The notes under the pieces: model-generated
The model's database searches: none
The model's input: only the letters and a program-made list of their open reading frames with translations
Told to the model about the DNA's origin: nothing
NCBI RefSeq assembly: GCF_001194135.2
Contig: NC_068987.1
Coordinates: forward strand, 3,943,993-4,007,992
DNA from: Octopus bimaculoides
Taxonomy: Eukaryota
Direction of reading: 5' to 3'
DNA: 64,000 nucleotides
Translations under genes and position numbers: made by a program
Part shown: positions 1 to 12,499 of the stretch, one piece after another
How the letters are laid out: every line of letters starts with the position of its first letter
Position numbering within the stretch: position 1 is the first letter of the stretch

Positions 1-1472
1 TCCATTTCACATTGCTCCAGTCCACTCACCTGGCAAAAAAAGAGTAATCCTACAACTGACCAGTGTCTCATCTAGAGAGGAATATATATATAAGCTAGAG
101 AAACCAGCCCTCTGCACTTTACAGAGTAATGTGAACTAACCGACTCCCTGTCAAAGTTGTCCTCATTCTTAAGGTCCCATAAAACCTACCTATGCATAAC
201 CTTTTGTTGGTATGCAAGTATTGCTCTGCCTGATCTTTGTAGGTTACATCTTGGTAAGTTTGGTGGATGGGGTACCTCAACTACTGAATGCTTTTTGCAG
301 AGTTCACTCCCATCATGCAAGATGTGGCCTTTCTCACATTGGAGGACTTGGTTGATGTCTGTGCTCTACTATAGCTGCTGTCTGAATGTCAAAGGATGCT
401 TGGATTGATCTAAAGTTTTTTAATCCATCTTTTTTTTGTCACATTATACTTTTTGTAATAGTTCCCTCTTGGTGTCAAGCTGTTAATACCTATGGAGTAG
501 CTTTCCTTTATAGACCAGTTGAGTATCCCAAATGTTGCTGTCAGTACAGCCTCATCCTCATCACCACCATTTAATGTCAAGGACAAACTTAAATAGTTGA
601 ATGTAGTTGATACTCTCCAGACGACCACTGACATCTATATTTGGACAGATTGTGTTAGGTGACCTTGCTTCATTGAACATTCTCTATAAGCTTTAAACTA
701 GCTTTCTTAACCAATTCTCCAACATAATAGTGACTGATAAGCAGGAAAGGGAAAAACAAGAGTGTGAGGATGAACAATTTCTAATTAGTGAAAATAATGA
801 GAAAGTTTCTCTCGTACACGATGTAGAAAGCCAAGAAATTATTAATTAAAATTTACTCCTTTTGTGATGAGAACAATGAATGGTCTAAATTGTTAGTTCT
901 GGTCAATGAATGCAAGGGAGACAATCCTGGGGTTTCAATTAATTAAAAGTAATCTAGAATGGAGTGAGAGTGAGCCTGATTTTTAGCCATATAGTAACAA
1001 CTCCCTCCAGATGTATTTCAGTTTTATTATATCTCGTCAGTGAAGCAGAGTCCAGGGCAGTTTTGGGTCTGCCTCTTATACCTCAAAGTGTTACCCCATC
1101 AAAGCATCATCTTGGATGCACTGCTCCCCCCTCCCAGCTACACTACTGCTATCCTCTGTGTCAAGTTTTGGAAGGTTTTTGGTGTCTTGAAAATTTAACC
1201 AATGTTACTACAGCTCTAATTACAATTATTACTTGTGACACCCATTCTCCGGGCAATGTAAAATGGCTGCTGTGAAAGTTACTTTATCGTGAAGTGGTTT
1301 GTTAGGGTGGATATTGCCCCTCTACAATGTCTTTAAAATAATGCATGACTAATAAGCAACCCATTTGACAGAGTAATGTGAATGTTAAAGGATTAAAGTG
1401 GTGTTAGTGATAAAGCATTACCTGTGTTACCTCTGAATTCATTAATTCATTTGCGATTGTCTTGTTTTCCAG

Positions 1473-2340
1473 ACGATTTCTGTCAAATGACAGATCGACA
1501 TGGTCATCATATACTAGAATGTAATCGGGACCGGAAACCATCTTCCAACTTTGATTTCTCTCTAAGTTCAGAGGATTCATCATCCAACATTGAAACTAAG
1601 GTAATTATTATTGTATTTCTTTAATTCTAAAGGTAAAAAAAAAAAAAAATCTATGTTGTGGCTGCAGGCATGGCTGTGTAGGTTAAACAGCTTGCTTCCC
1701 AACTATATGCTCTCATGTTCAGTCCCACTGTGAGGCACCTTGGGCAAATGTCTTCTACTATAGTCCTGGACCTACCAGAGTGGATCTGACAGACAGAAAC
1801 TGTGTGGAAGCCTGTCAGAGAAAAGATCAAACTTGTACATTCAATCCTCTTCTCCAGCATTCTTTTGTTTTCTCCATTCTTTCCAACCACTTTTCTTATA
1901 TTAGCATTACAACAAAGATGACAGGAAAATCAATGCAGATGAAAGACTGTGACCTCTGGAGATATGCTGTGGTTGAGAAGACCCGGCAAGTAAAGTGAGA
2001 TCACAGCCGTAGCTTATAGCAGTGTTGCCCTTCCTAATACCAATAACTTTACAGAATGTACTGGGTGCTTTTTATTTTCCACCAACACTGGTGAAGTGAT
2101 CATGTAACTTGCAAGACAAAGTCCTCTTAACTGAGAGGTGGAATATATATATATCTCAAAATGTAACCACATGTGAAATTGTTGGTGATTTTTCTTCCTT
2201 TTCTATTGGACTTTCTTTTGTTTCTGAAGAAGAGCTTTGTTCGAAACTACCTTTCTTTCCTTCCCTGAGCATCTGCTAATACTTTACATGTACCATGTCC
2301 TTGCATTGTTGTTTTTTGGGGGGATTTACTATACATACAT

Positions 2341-2378
<38 letters not shown>

Positions 2379-5300
2379 TGTGATGACAGCCAATTATTTC
2401 TAGGGGAAGGTATGCACAGCAAATTCAGTCTTTCAGGTACAGGGCTAGGCAAAATTCCACCTCCCTGTTCTACTTCATCTGAAGACTCCCCAACACGAAA
2501 CTATCTTATTGTTGCCACTACAGGTACTATGCTTTGTTATTGAACTTCTAGTCACTGGCAGGTAAACCACCCTAGGCCTGGGTGTTCCATGCACAAAGGC
2601 AAGGTGTTCTCAATCCCTGCTGCCTCACCTATGTTGGTCATCCAGCCCCAATTCTAACTTAACACCATCAAATTTGGCTACCCTCACATAAAGACTGTTT
2701 CTACTAATGTGGTCACTCTCCACTGAATAATGACCCATGCCAACCTACCATGTGTGGCACTCAATACACTATACTGCTGTTGGCAGCCAGTGGCAACAGC
2801 ATCCTGTCTGAACAGTTGAGCCTAAAAATAAAGAAAATAGCTGGAGTTACTTTCATTGCATTAACACCACATTACCTGAGCTGACCAATAGAAGCCTAAT
2901 GCCTAGAAGCCATCTTGAATTTGTCTCTTATTCTTCTATTGTCTGATGAGATGGATGTGTCCTATACCTCCCTCAGAAGCTATTATGCATGTTTATGTGT
3001 GTATTTGTTGTAAAGAAGAAATTCTGTTTCCGTAGGAAAAAGATCCTGCATGGAGTTTAGATGCAAAGTCAACAACCGATTATTCTGTGCCAGTCAGAGC
3101 ACCATTATATTCTGCTGAAAGCAAGGTAAGCTTTTCTCATTTGACTCTGTGGCTTGTTTCTGTTATTTCACCACTTCTTCACTCAGCATGCATTTTCTTT
3201 CTACCTCTGTTATCATAAGCTATTTCATTGGCTTGCTTAGAAGAACATAGCTTTTAATGTTGTCGTGAATTGTCGATTTGGTTGTTAGAATATTAAATGT
3301 TTTCTTAGGAAACCCCCCCCCCAAAAAAAGGCATAGTATATCTTTTATCTTCACCTTTGTATATAATTTCTTGCTAGATGTGTTGTGCATAATTTATCTA
3401 TTTATTCATGTATAAACTTCCCCTCACCCTTCCACANNNNNNNNNNTGTGTTGTGCATAATTTATCTATTTATTCATGTATAAACTTCCACAAGAAATAT
3501 ATACACGATTACCTATGACGAGAAATGTTAAAGTGTTTGTAATGAGTAAAAAAGAAGAAAAACTAAATATATTGTAGCTATCTTCATTGCTCTTCTATTT
3601 GCTAAAAGTGATTATCTCCCTTACAATAACTAGCCGCCAGGGTGAACCATGTTTGAACATAAGGAATATTAGGTTAAATTATTGTTACTGAAAAAGAAAA
3701 ACTAATCATGTCCCTAAAAGTTATCAATCTTTTCCTTTTTTTTTCCATAGCCCTTTTCTTAAAAAGGTGTTTAGGGTGATAATCTAACTGCAACTCTTAT
3801 TTAATTTGATAGTGTGCTAGTCTAGCAATGAAGTGGGTATTACTGGTATCTATCCCATGTCTAGCTTAGGAAAGGAACTTCACTTTCGGATTTGCTGTAG
3901 GTAATCTTCATCATGGTAGATGGTTTGCTAGTTTCATTTAAAAGTCACGGCAATGGGGAAAAAAAACCATTGTAGAGTATCGTCATTGTCAAATTTTTTT
4001 TTATTTTAAATTGTATCAAGTGGATAAGTCTTTCACAGAGTATATTGATGTTTGTTTTAATCTTTTGTCATTACATCAGAAACCTACTACAATTCTCAAT
4101 TTCATCTTATCACTTCTTAATTTGTCCATTTGTTTAGCTGCAGGTTCTGGTTAGGCTAGACACTCCTACAATGACCATACCATCTATCTAGACCAGTGGG
4201 TCTCAACCATTCTTCACTTATGGACCCCTTTGATTCCCATTTTACTCAATGCCCCTACCACTATTTGATGCTTAAAACATCCTATTTTTTACAATTAGGG
4301 ATTGTACTTAAAAAAATTTAATATTTTGTGTTTTGTAATTAAAGTCAATTTATTGAATATAAACTTTATCAACAAAATCTTACATGGACCCTCAAGAATC
4401 ATGTTGGACCTTGGTTGAGAATCACTTGTCTAGAACTACATTTACCAATTTGTCCTTTTCTCTTTGTGACAGTAGGATATTTCCACTGGTACTTCAACAG
4501 TTTAAAAAGCATAGCATTTTCGAGTAAACTTTGTCTGAGTTCTGTGTGGTTTCTTAGCGATCTAAATAGTGCAGAATCACTTCATTCAGTCTTTTTCTTT
4601 CTGTTATGCTATTCTAAGTAATTAAACATTATTTACACACACACATACATACATTACCAGTTATACATTCTTTAAAATGTATAACTGTCTGGAAATTTTA
4701 GGGTTAGGGTCTGTCTAGCTTAATCCAGTTTCCATGGCATATAAGGGACTGAGATTACATCCCATGGATAGGACGCTAGTCCATTGCAGGGTTAACTTCC
4801 CAGATACTGCTGGAACTTATTTTCTACTGAGTGAGTTGGAGCTATGTTGTGAAGTGAAGTGTTTTGCTCAAGAACACAATGCATTCACCTGATCCAGGAA
4901 TTGAATGGAAAGTGGACATTAAACGATGATGATGATGATGATGATATAGACACACTTGTATTCCCTCGTGCATATACGCCCTCTTTATAAATTCTTTTCT
5001 ACTCTAGGCACACAAGCATATGGCGTAGTGGTTAAGAGTGCAGGCTACTAACCCCAAGATTCCGAGTTCAATTCCAAGCAGTGACCTGAATAATAATATC
5101 GGAAAAATACCTTNNNNNNNNNNNNNNNNNNNNNNNNNNNNNNNNNNNNNNNNNNNNNNNNNNNNNNNNNNNNNNNNNNNNNNNNNNNNNNNNNNNNNNN
5201 NNNNNNNNNNNNNNNNNNNNNNNNNNNNNNNNNNNNNNNNNNNNNNNNNNNNNNNNNNNNNNNNNNNNNNNNNNNNNNNNNNNNNNNNNNNNNNNNNNNN

Positions 5301-8300
5301 NNNNNNNNNNNNNNNNNNNNNNNNNNNNNNNNNNNNNNNNNNNNNNNNNNNNNNNNNNNNNNNNNNNNNNNNNNNNNNNNNNNNNNNNNNNNNNNCCCCC
5401 TAAGACACCTGATGAAGGCTGAAGAGTATATCAGCCGAAATTTTGAGTTAACAAACAAATATCTGTCAAATGTAAACAATGTACATAATTCCTCATCTCT
5501 TAAATATAGAACTCTAGGCACAAGACCTGAAATTTTGGGGGAGGGGGTGGCAGTCGATTAGATCAACTCCAGTATGCAACTGGTACTTAATTTATCAACC
5601 CCAAAGAAATACTGCTAAGCATTTCGCATGCTAACGTTTCTGCCACCTTGCCACCACCTTATGAGGGAGTCTCTGTCATCATTGAATTTGTTAAAAACTA
5701 CAATCAAATCTACCTTAAATCACATCTTTACTGTCTTAAAATAAAGGAAGGTCACATTGAATAATGTAGTATTTGATAAGATGATGGGATGGTCATATCT
5801 GGAATGTTTGGTCGAAGTTGATATGATAGGGAGAAATTGTACCATTTTGATAACATGAAATTGCCCCTTCCTTCTATCAATGTAGACAATAGTTATTATT
5901 TTATCAAAAACTAAAATTTATACTTCAAATATATTTTCTGTTGTTGCTCAATAAACCATCCTTGATTTAATTTTAACATTCATCTCTACTTCGTTAGAAT
6001 CAAGATATTATGCCATTAATAAATTTAGTGTNNNNNNNNNNNNNNNNNNNNNNNNNNNNNNNNNNNNNNNNNNNNNNNNNNNNNNNNNNNNNNNNNNNNN
6101 NNNNNNNNNNNNNNNNNNNNNNNNNNNNNNNNNNNNNNNNNNNNNNNNNNNNNNNNNNNNNNNNNNTCGAGTTATTTTTCTTTACTTTTTCTATTTTTGT
6201 TTTATATATCTTTATATAAATGGAAAATTTATTCAGTGGAGTTCTCGCCACTTTTTTTAAATAAAATAAATTTAGAAAATAAAACTAAAATAAAATAGAA
6301 TTTCTAAAAGAAAGCAATGAGAAGGGAAGCAGAAAAATCAAAAAGATTTCTAAATAAGCAGCCTTTGAACTAGATTAAAACAATGTTGGAAAGTTCTCTC
6401 TCTCTCTCTCTCTTCCTACTGTGATACAATGGAACACATTTTTATCTCAGACCAACCATGAGCAAAATGGAGATAATATTAATTTATTCCTAATAGATAT
6501 TGTCAACTTGTTCTGTTTTTATAAATTTTATTCATAAAATGGAAGTTTTGCCAAATTTTAGATGGTTACAAATGGCTTCTCTTGAACAAAATATTGAAAC
6601 AGATTTTTGTGTTTTGTATAGATTTTGTATAGTATTTATTGCTTTACCTATCTGTTTGACTGACGATAGGTACAACTGCTACTTTGTGGTTGAGTGATTA
6701 GCATTTCTATCACTCACTCGGATCTTACATCTTTCCCTTCTACTATTGTGATCCAAATACTCATCTGTAGTGCCAAACCTCTGACTCCAGGGGTTTCATC
6801 TGCGATTTGCTCAACAGCTTAGTGCCACTGGATTAGGTTTCTTCCAAATAAATCTAATGTAGCAATGTCTCCCATCTCAGTAAGATAAAAATGTTGATGA
6901 GATTTAACCTTAAGATACAGGAATAAATGATAAATTACTAATCAAAATTTATGATAAGCACTTTTTTAATGTTTATACGTTTGTAACCACACTGTTGAGA
7001 TGAAAAATAACAAAACTGCTAACAGGAAAATCCTTACAAATACATCATGCTTATGTGCCAAACTTGCTTCTGATAATTACACAGGAGACCAATGTCTACC
7101 TGCAGTCTGAGAGAAGAAAGCTATAAAGTTGGTGTTTAAATGATAGCGTTTTTACCTGCTGAGCAAGAAATGAGTTGTTTTGAATCCTGTTGACAAGTTC
7201 ATTGNNNNNNNNNNAAAATCCTTATTTTTCATCGACAATTTTAACAAAATCAATCAATAATATATTCTCCTTCGTTGTTCATGTCAATGTTCTACTAGCT
7301 TGCCAATTCCTTGATGGTAGAAATAAATGGCTCTTCTTCACTCAAAGAATTAATCAAGTTACATTTTTCGGCTCCATGCCATTATTGCAATGTGTTGGTG
7401 AGCAACTGCAAAAGGTGATAATCTGAATGTGCTTCATCAGGAGAATGTATCAGGTGCTATAGCTGGAGGGTGTGGTAGAACTTCCAAACTGACCTCCCGA
7501 ATAACATTTTTAGTCAAATTATCAATGTTGGGGGGAGAGTATTGTTGTACTAAAGAAGCATGTTGTGTCATTTGTCAGGTCGTTTCAGCTGCATTGTACC
7601 TTACCTGTGAGAACATGGACCAATTCCCTGGTAGACTGGTGTAGATCTTTGAGGATGAGCTCATTCAATCAATCCTCAGCCAAACACAGTCAGTGAGGTC
7701 AAATTTCTCCTCTTTGGAACACGAAAACCATTTCTGTGCAATTCTTTCAGTAATAGCACCGTCTCCAGACAGAGCTCAGCTGTCTTGAGTAGCGTTGGAA
7801 CCTTGATTGAAAGTGGAGAGAAAGGTGTTGAAAGTGTTCATTTTTTAACAACTTGCCACTCCATCGTCAAATGTCTGGAAAAAAAGTAAAATTTATTCAA
7901 ATTTCAAAAACAATAAACAAAAGTTGTAGTGGAAGGAAGAATAGAGCTACAAAATATTTTTCATGCAAATTCAAATAGCATTGGAAACAAATTAACATTT
8001 ATTTGACAACCCAATATATATACATATATATAACGAAAGAGTGGGGTGTATTTCCATGCAGGAAAAAATATAGGCAAATTTGTTGTTGAAAATGCCCATA
8101 AATTTGAAAAACTTGTTTAAAATTTATTTACATATAATATTGTTGAAACTAGTTTGGTGTATATGTAAATAAATTTATTTTAAACCATTACAAGTTTTTC
8201 AAATTTAGGTGCATTTTCAACAAAAAATTTGCATATATATATATATATATATAACATACTGTTTGGAAAATATAAACATACTTGCTATTCAGCCTTTAAC

Positions 8301-11300
8301 TATCATAAAAATGTATTAATGACATTATATATTGGTTCACTAAGTTATTTCCTTTGGCTATTTTTTTTCTCTTTTGTCAATTATGTGAATTATAGCAAGT
8401 AGTTAAAATGTGTCTATGGCTACACTTTTTGACGATAACCTAATAAGACCAAGACATGTCTGTCGTTGACACTGCCTACCAACATAGATCATATTTTCTC
8501 CAAACCATAAATGAATTAATTAACTTTCTGTGAAGTTAATTTCTTCGTAAGTTATCAACTCTCAAAGAAGAGGTGAAAACTGTTGCAAGGTATTTTTTCT
8601 GATGTTTACATTCATGGTTCTGTCCACCTGTATCCAATCACATTTTTCTTTTCATGTGGGCATGATTGGAAACTTCGCTTTTGCAGCTTAGTACAGTCCC
8701 CTTCTCTGCCAGGCATAGACTGGACCTCTTATTGACGTAAAGCTTGCACCTCTCCAGCACTCTCCATTTGATGATGTAATCCATGGTACTTTCCTTCAAT
8801 GACCATACATATTTAGCTGGGGCTGTGACATCTCAACTCCCCTGTCTATTAAAGATGGACTTATCCTGAAGGGAGATACTGTTGTGCCCTCATATTTCTG
8901 CATGTTTGATTGCCCATTGGTGTCCTTCGTGAAAGATAACAATTAAACTAGCAGTAATTGTAAGCAACTCTCAAAAGACTAAAAAAGACAAAAATTCAAG
9001 AAATCAATTTTTTTTGTTTACAAAATTGAATTTATATGCTTAGTGGAAAATTTGATTGTTGTTAACAGGCAAGGTGACTGGTATGGACATTTTTTGGTCT
9101 TAGAAGTCCCGGTTCAGCTGATTTGGAAATGAAAAAGAAACCATAAATCCTTGCTCAATGATATTTGGTAACAGAAATATCTCTGAAAAGACTTCCGTCT
9201 TGAAAATGAAAATATATCTTAACTGAAATTCAGATGAAAGAAATTAAATGTCTGAGATAAATAGTGATAACAAAGCTGTGTAAACTAACAACATGAACAA
9301 ATGCCTCATATTTCTGGAGGTACACAGTATCAGCATAAATATAAAATGTCAGTAATAACATGCTCTCTGAGATGAGTTTGTAGATTCTACAAAAAGATAC
9401 AAAATTAACCCTTTAGCATTCACGTTATTCTGTCCAAAGTAATGCTTATTTATTCCCAATGTTTTCAAGTGATCCTGCATCACCTTGTAGCTTTGAGATT
9501 TTCAACAATGTTATTGTTTTCTTCTTTGAACGACATTGTAAAGTAAATTATGTACATTTGATGAATATTTGTCCTCATTTTGTTTGTTGTTAACATTTCG
9601 GCTGATATACCCTCCAGCCTTCACCAGGTGTCTTGGGGAAATTTCGAACCTGGGTTCTCATTCCTAATGTATTTTTCGATATTATTATTATTATTAGTAT
9701 TCAGGTCACTGCCTGGAATCCCACGCTCTTAACCACTACGCCATATGACTTCAGTGAAGATATAGAGAAACTACATCAAAAGCCCACAGGCATATGGCAT
9801 AGTGGTTAAGAGTGCGGGCTACTAACCTCAAGATTCTGAGTTCGATTCCAGGCAGTGACCTGAATACTAATAATAATAAAAAATACCTTAGGAATGAGAA
9901 CCCAGGTTTGAAATTTCCCCAAGACACCTGATGAAAGCTAGAGGGTATACCAGCTGAAATGTTGTGTCAACAACAAACAAGATGAGGACAAATATTCGTC
10001 AAATGTAAATAATGTACATAATTCTTCATCTCTTAAATATAGAGCTGTATTGTAAAGCAGATTGGAAAAGCTAGATCCAGTCAGATTGAACATAAAAAGT
10101 CCAGATATGGCCAGTTGAAATGCTAAAGGATTAAACAAAACGATGAAAAGTACTAAGTCAAAGAAATTAATCTCGTCAAAACAAAACAATACTCAGCCAT
10201 GTTAGACAGATTAAGGTTCATGGCAGTTACAACAACAAATTCACCTTTAAAGATACAATGGATACAGCACCCAATAAAAGCCAACCAACCACAGACATTG
10301 TGTATTACATGATCCAAATGCACTGCACCTTACTTACAGATCACTTGTGTTGTTTATAAGATTTTCTTTTCAGCCATTTGACTTTTTTTATCATCCAAAG
10401 GGATTTTTTAAACCCAACATTTTTTTACATGCTATTATTTATAGCTTTATCTACTTCGAGTTGCACCATTAAAACAATTTATAGAACACTTTGTATTATA
10501 CTGATTTACAATTAATAGTAAGAATATGTTACAAAATCACCGGAATTAAAAACCTCCTCCCTCAATGAACAGACAAGGTTGAAAAAAACCCCATCTAAAT
10601 CGCATTTTACTGTCAGGAGGGCCATATTTGAAAATATCATGGTTAAACTATGTCTGAAAATAAGAGGTGATGGTCTTTACTGGAATGCCTTTGGTCATAT
10701 GTTTGATTAATCAGACTCAAACGGAAACAACACTCTTCCAATCAATAAGGAACATAAAAGTTGTAAACCTCATGATGCCAACTGTTATACTGGGCATACA
10801 TGTATTACACTTTCCCAACAACTGACCATGCATTTATAACAAGGTAACAAGGAACCTTTGTAACACTTTGCATTTATCCCTATAAACAGTCCACCAATAG
10901 TCAACAATGATTGTCCTTATGAAACGAGAGTCATATCTTAAATATGAGAAGGGATCTCCTTCACTACAATGCTTCTGCAGGTTTCACAACCTCCAGTCAC
11001 ATCTTTGAGCTGGCCTTGCTCACCCAGCAATCTTTTTCACTGAATCTACCATCATCACAAATTGTACTGTCCAGATAAGTGGCTTGCTTCAAGCAGTTCC
11101 TGCCCTTCAATAACAAGGGGCTCGGGTTTATTCCACTTGGTATGAGTCAATACTTGATTGATAAAGAACTTTACTCTTCACTGTCAATCTCTGCATGTCC
11201 TCTGTTCTGTGGAAGATAATATATATACGGATATACTTTTCTACTCTAGGCACAAGGCCTGAAATTTTGGGGGAAGGGACCAGTTGATTAGAACAACCAC

Positions 11301-12453
11301 AGTACACAACTGGTACTTAATTTATCAACCCCAAAAATGATGAAAGGAAAAAAAAATTGACCTTGGCGAAATTTGAACTCAGAACGTAAAGACAGATGAA
11401 ATACTGTTAAGTATTTCGCCCGGCGTGCTAACGTTTCTGCCAGCTCACCACCTTCATAAGAATATATATATATATATATATATACGAATATCCACACACA
11501 CAGAGTAATGTATATTTTATGAGAAGTTAAAGCTTCTAGAGTTGTTACTCTGAGTTACATGTCTGCTGATTATTCAAACAATTGAAGAAAGGAAGCAGTA
11601 TGACAATATATAAGCAAAGATATTTATAAATATAGCAATATAAATGGTCAAGATTTGATTGATTTCCGAAAGCCATTAGAAAATGTATCAGCTGATATAT
11701 GGACATGGTAGATTCATGTATTTCCATGCAAAAACACTTTATATTTTCATGTCTTCACTATTAGGTGTGTAAAACACACTAAAGTCCTATAACGGACCAT
11801 CAATTTTATAACTGTTAATATTATCATTAACCCCAAGTATATAGTGAGGGGGTAAAGTGTGTTTCTGCCTCGCTGAATGTATGCATATGTTGCAATAATC
11901 TTTTTTAAAGGAATTATCAAAAACAAACTTAACTCATTGTGAAACTCAGAATAATGGTTCACAGAACAGCTTCAGGTATTTTTTATGTGGTGGTCAGTAC
12001 AGAGCTTTTCAAATTGCTAGAAACAGCAGCCAAATCTCCACCAAATCACACACGCTATATACACATACATATATGCAAACACGTGTGTGTGCGCCTACCT
12101 TGAATAAAATAGATCAATAACAACATTTTCCTTTTATGGCAAAATATGCACCTAATTCAATAAAATTAAGGTTACTCGGATTACTATGCATAAAATTGCA
12201 AAATATTTTATTTTTTGGTAGATCAGGTAGGCAGAATTCGTCCCTGCTTTTCATCTCAGTATCTAAGCTACACATAGAACTGCTGTAGTACACGTGCCGC
12301 GTACACTCCTACAACATTTTCTTTACGTGCTATAAAGGCAGATGTAAATCTGCCTACAACTCCGTCATGCACCTGTGTCTCACTTATTTTTTGGTGTTTT
12401 ATTACATAAAGGTTACCAATTGCCTACCTTGAGTAATTACTGACGGCACATGG

Positions 12454-12499
<46 letters not shown>

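Noticed and set aside
130-1270. Possible old LINE remnants (also 2540-2950)
   Set aside because: Composition is suggestive, but I could not recover a recognisable protein motif by eye.
2942-2990. Other CTGATGA occurrences (2944, ~21024, ~60294) as hammerheads
   Set aside because: No stem II followed by GAAA and an NUH site downstream.
3379-3489. 43-bp direct repeat around a 10-N gap
   Set aside because: Typical uncollapsed contig overlap, not biological.
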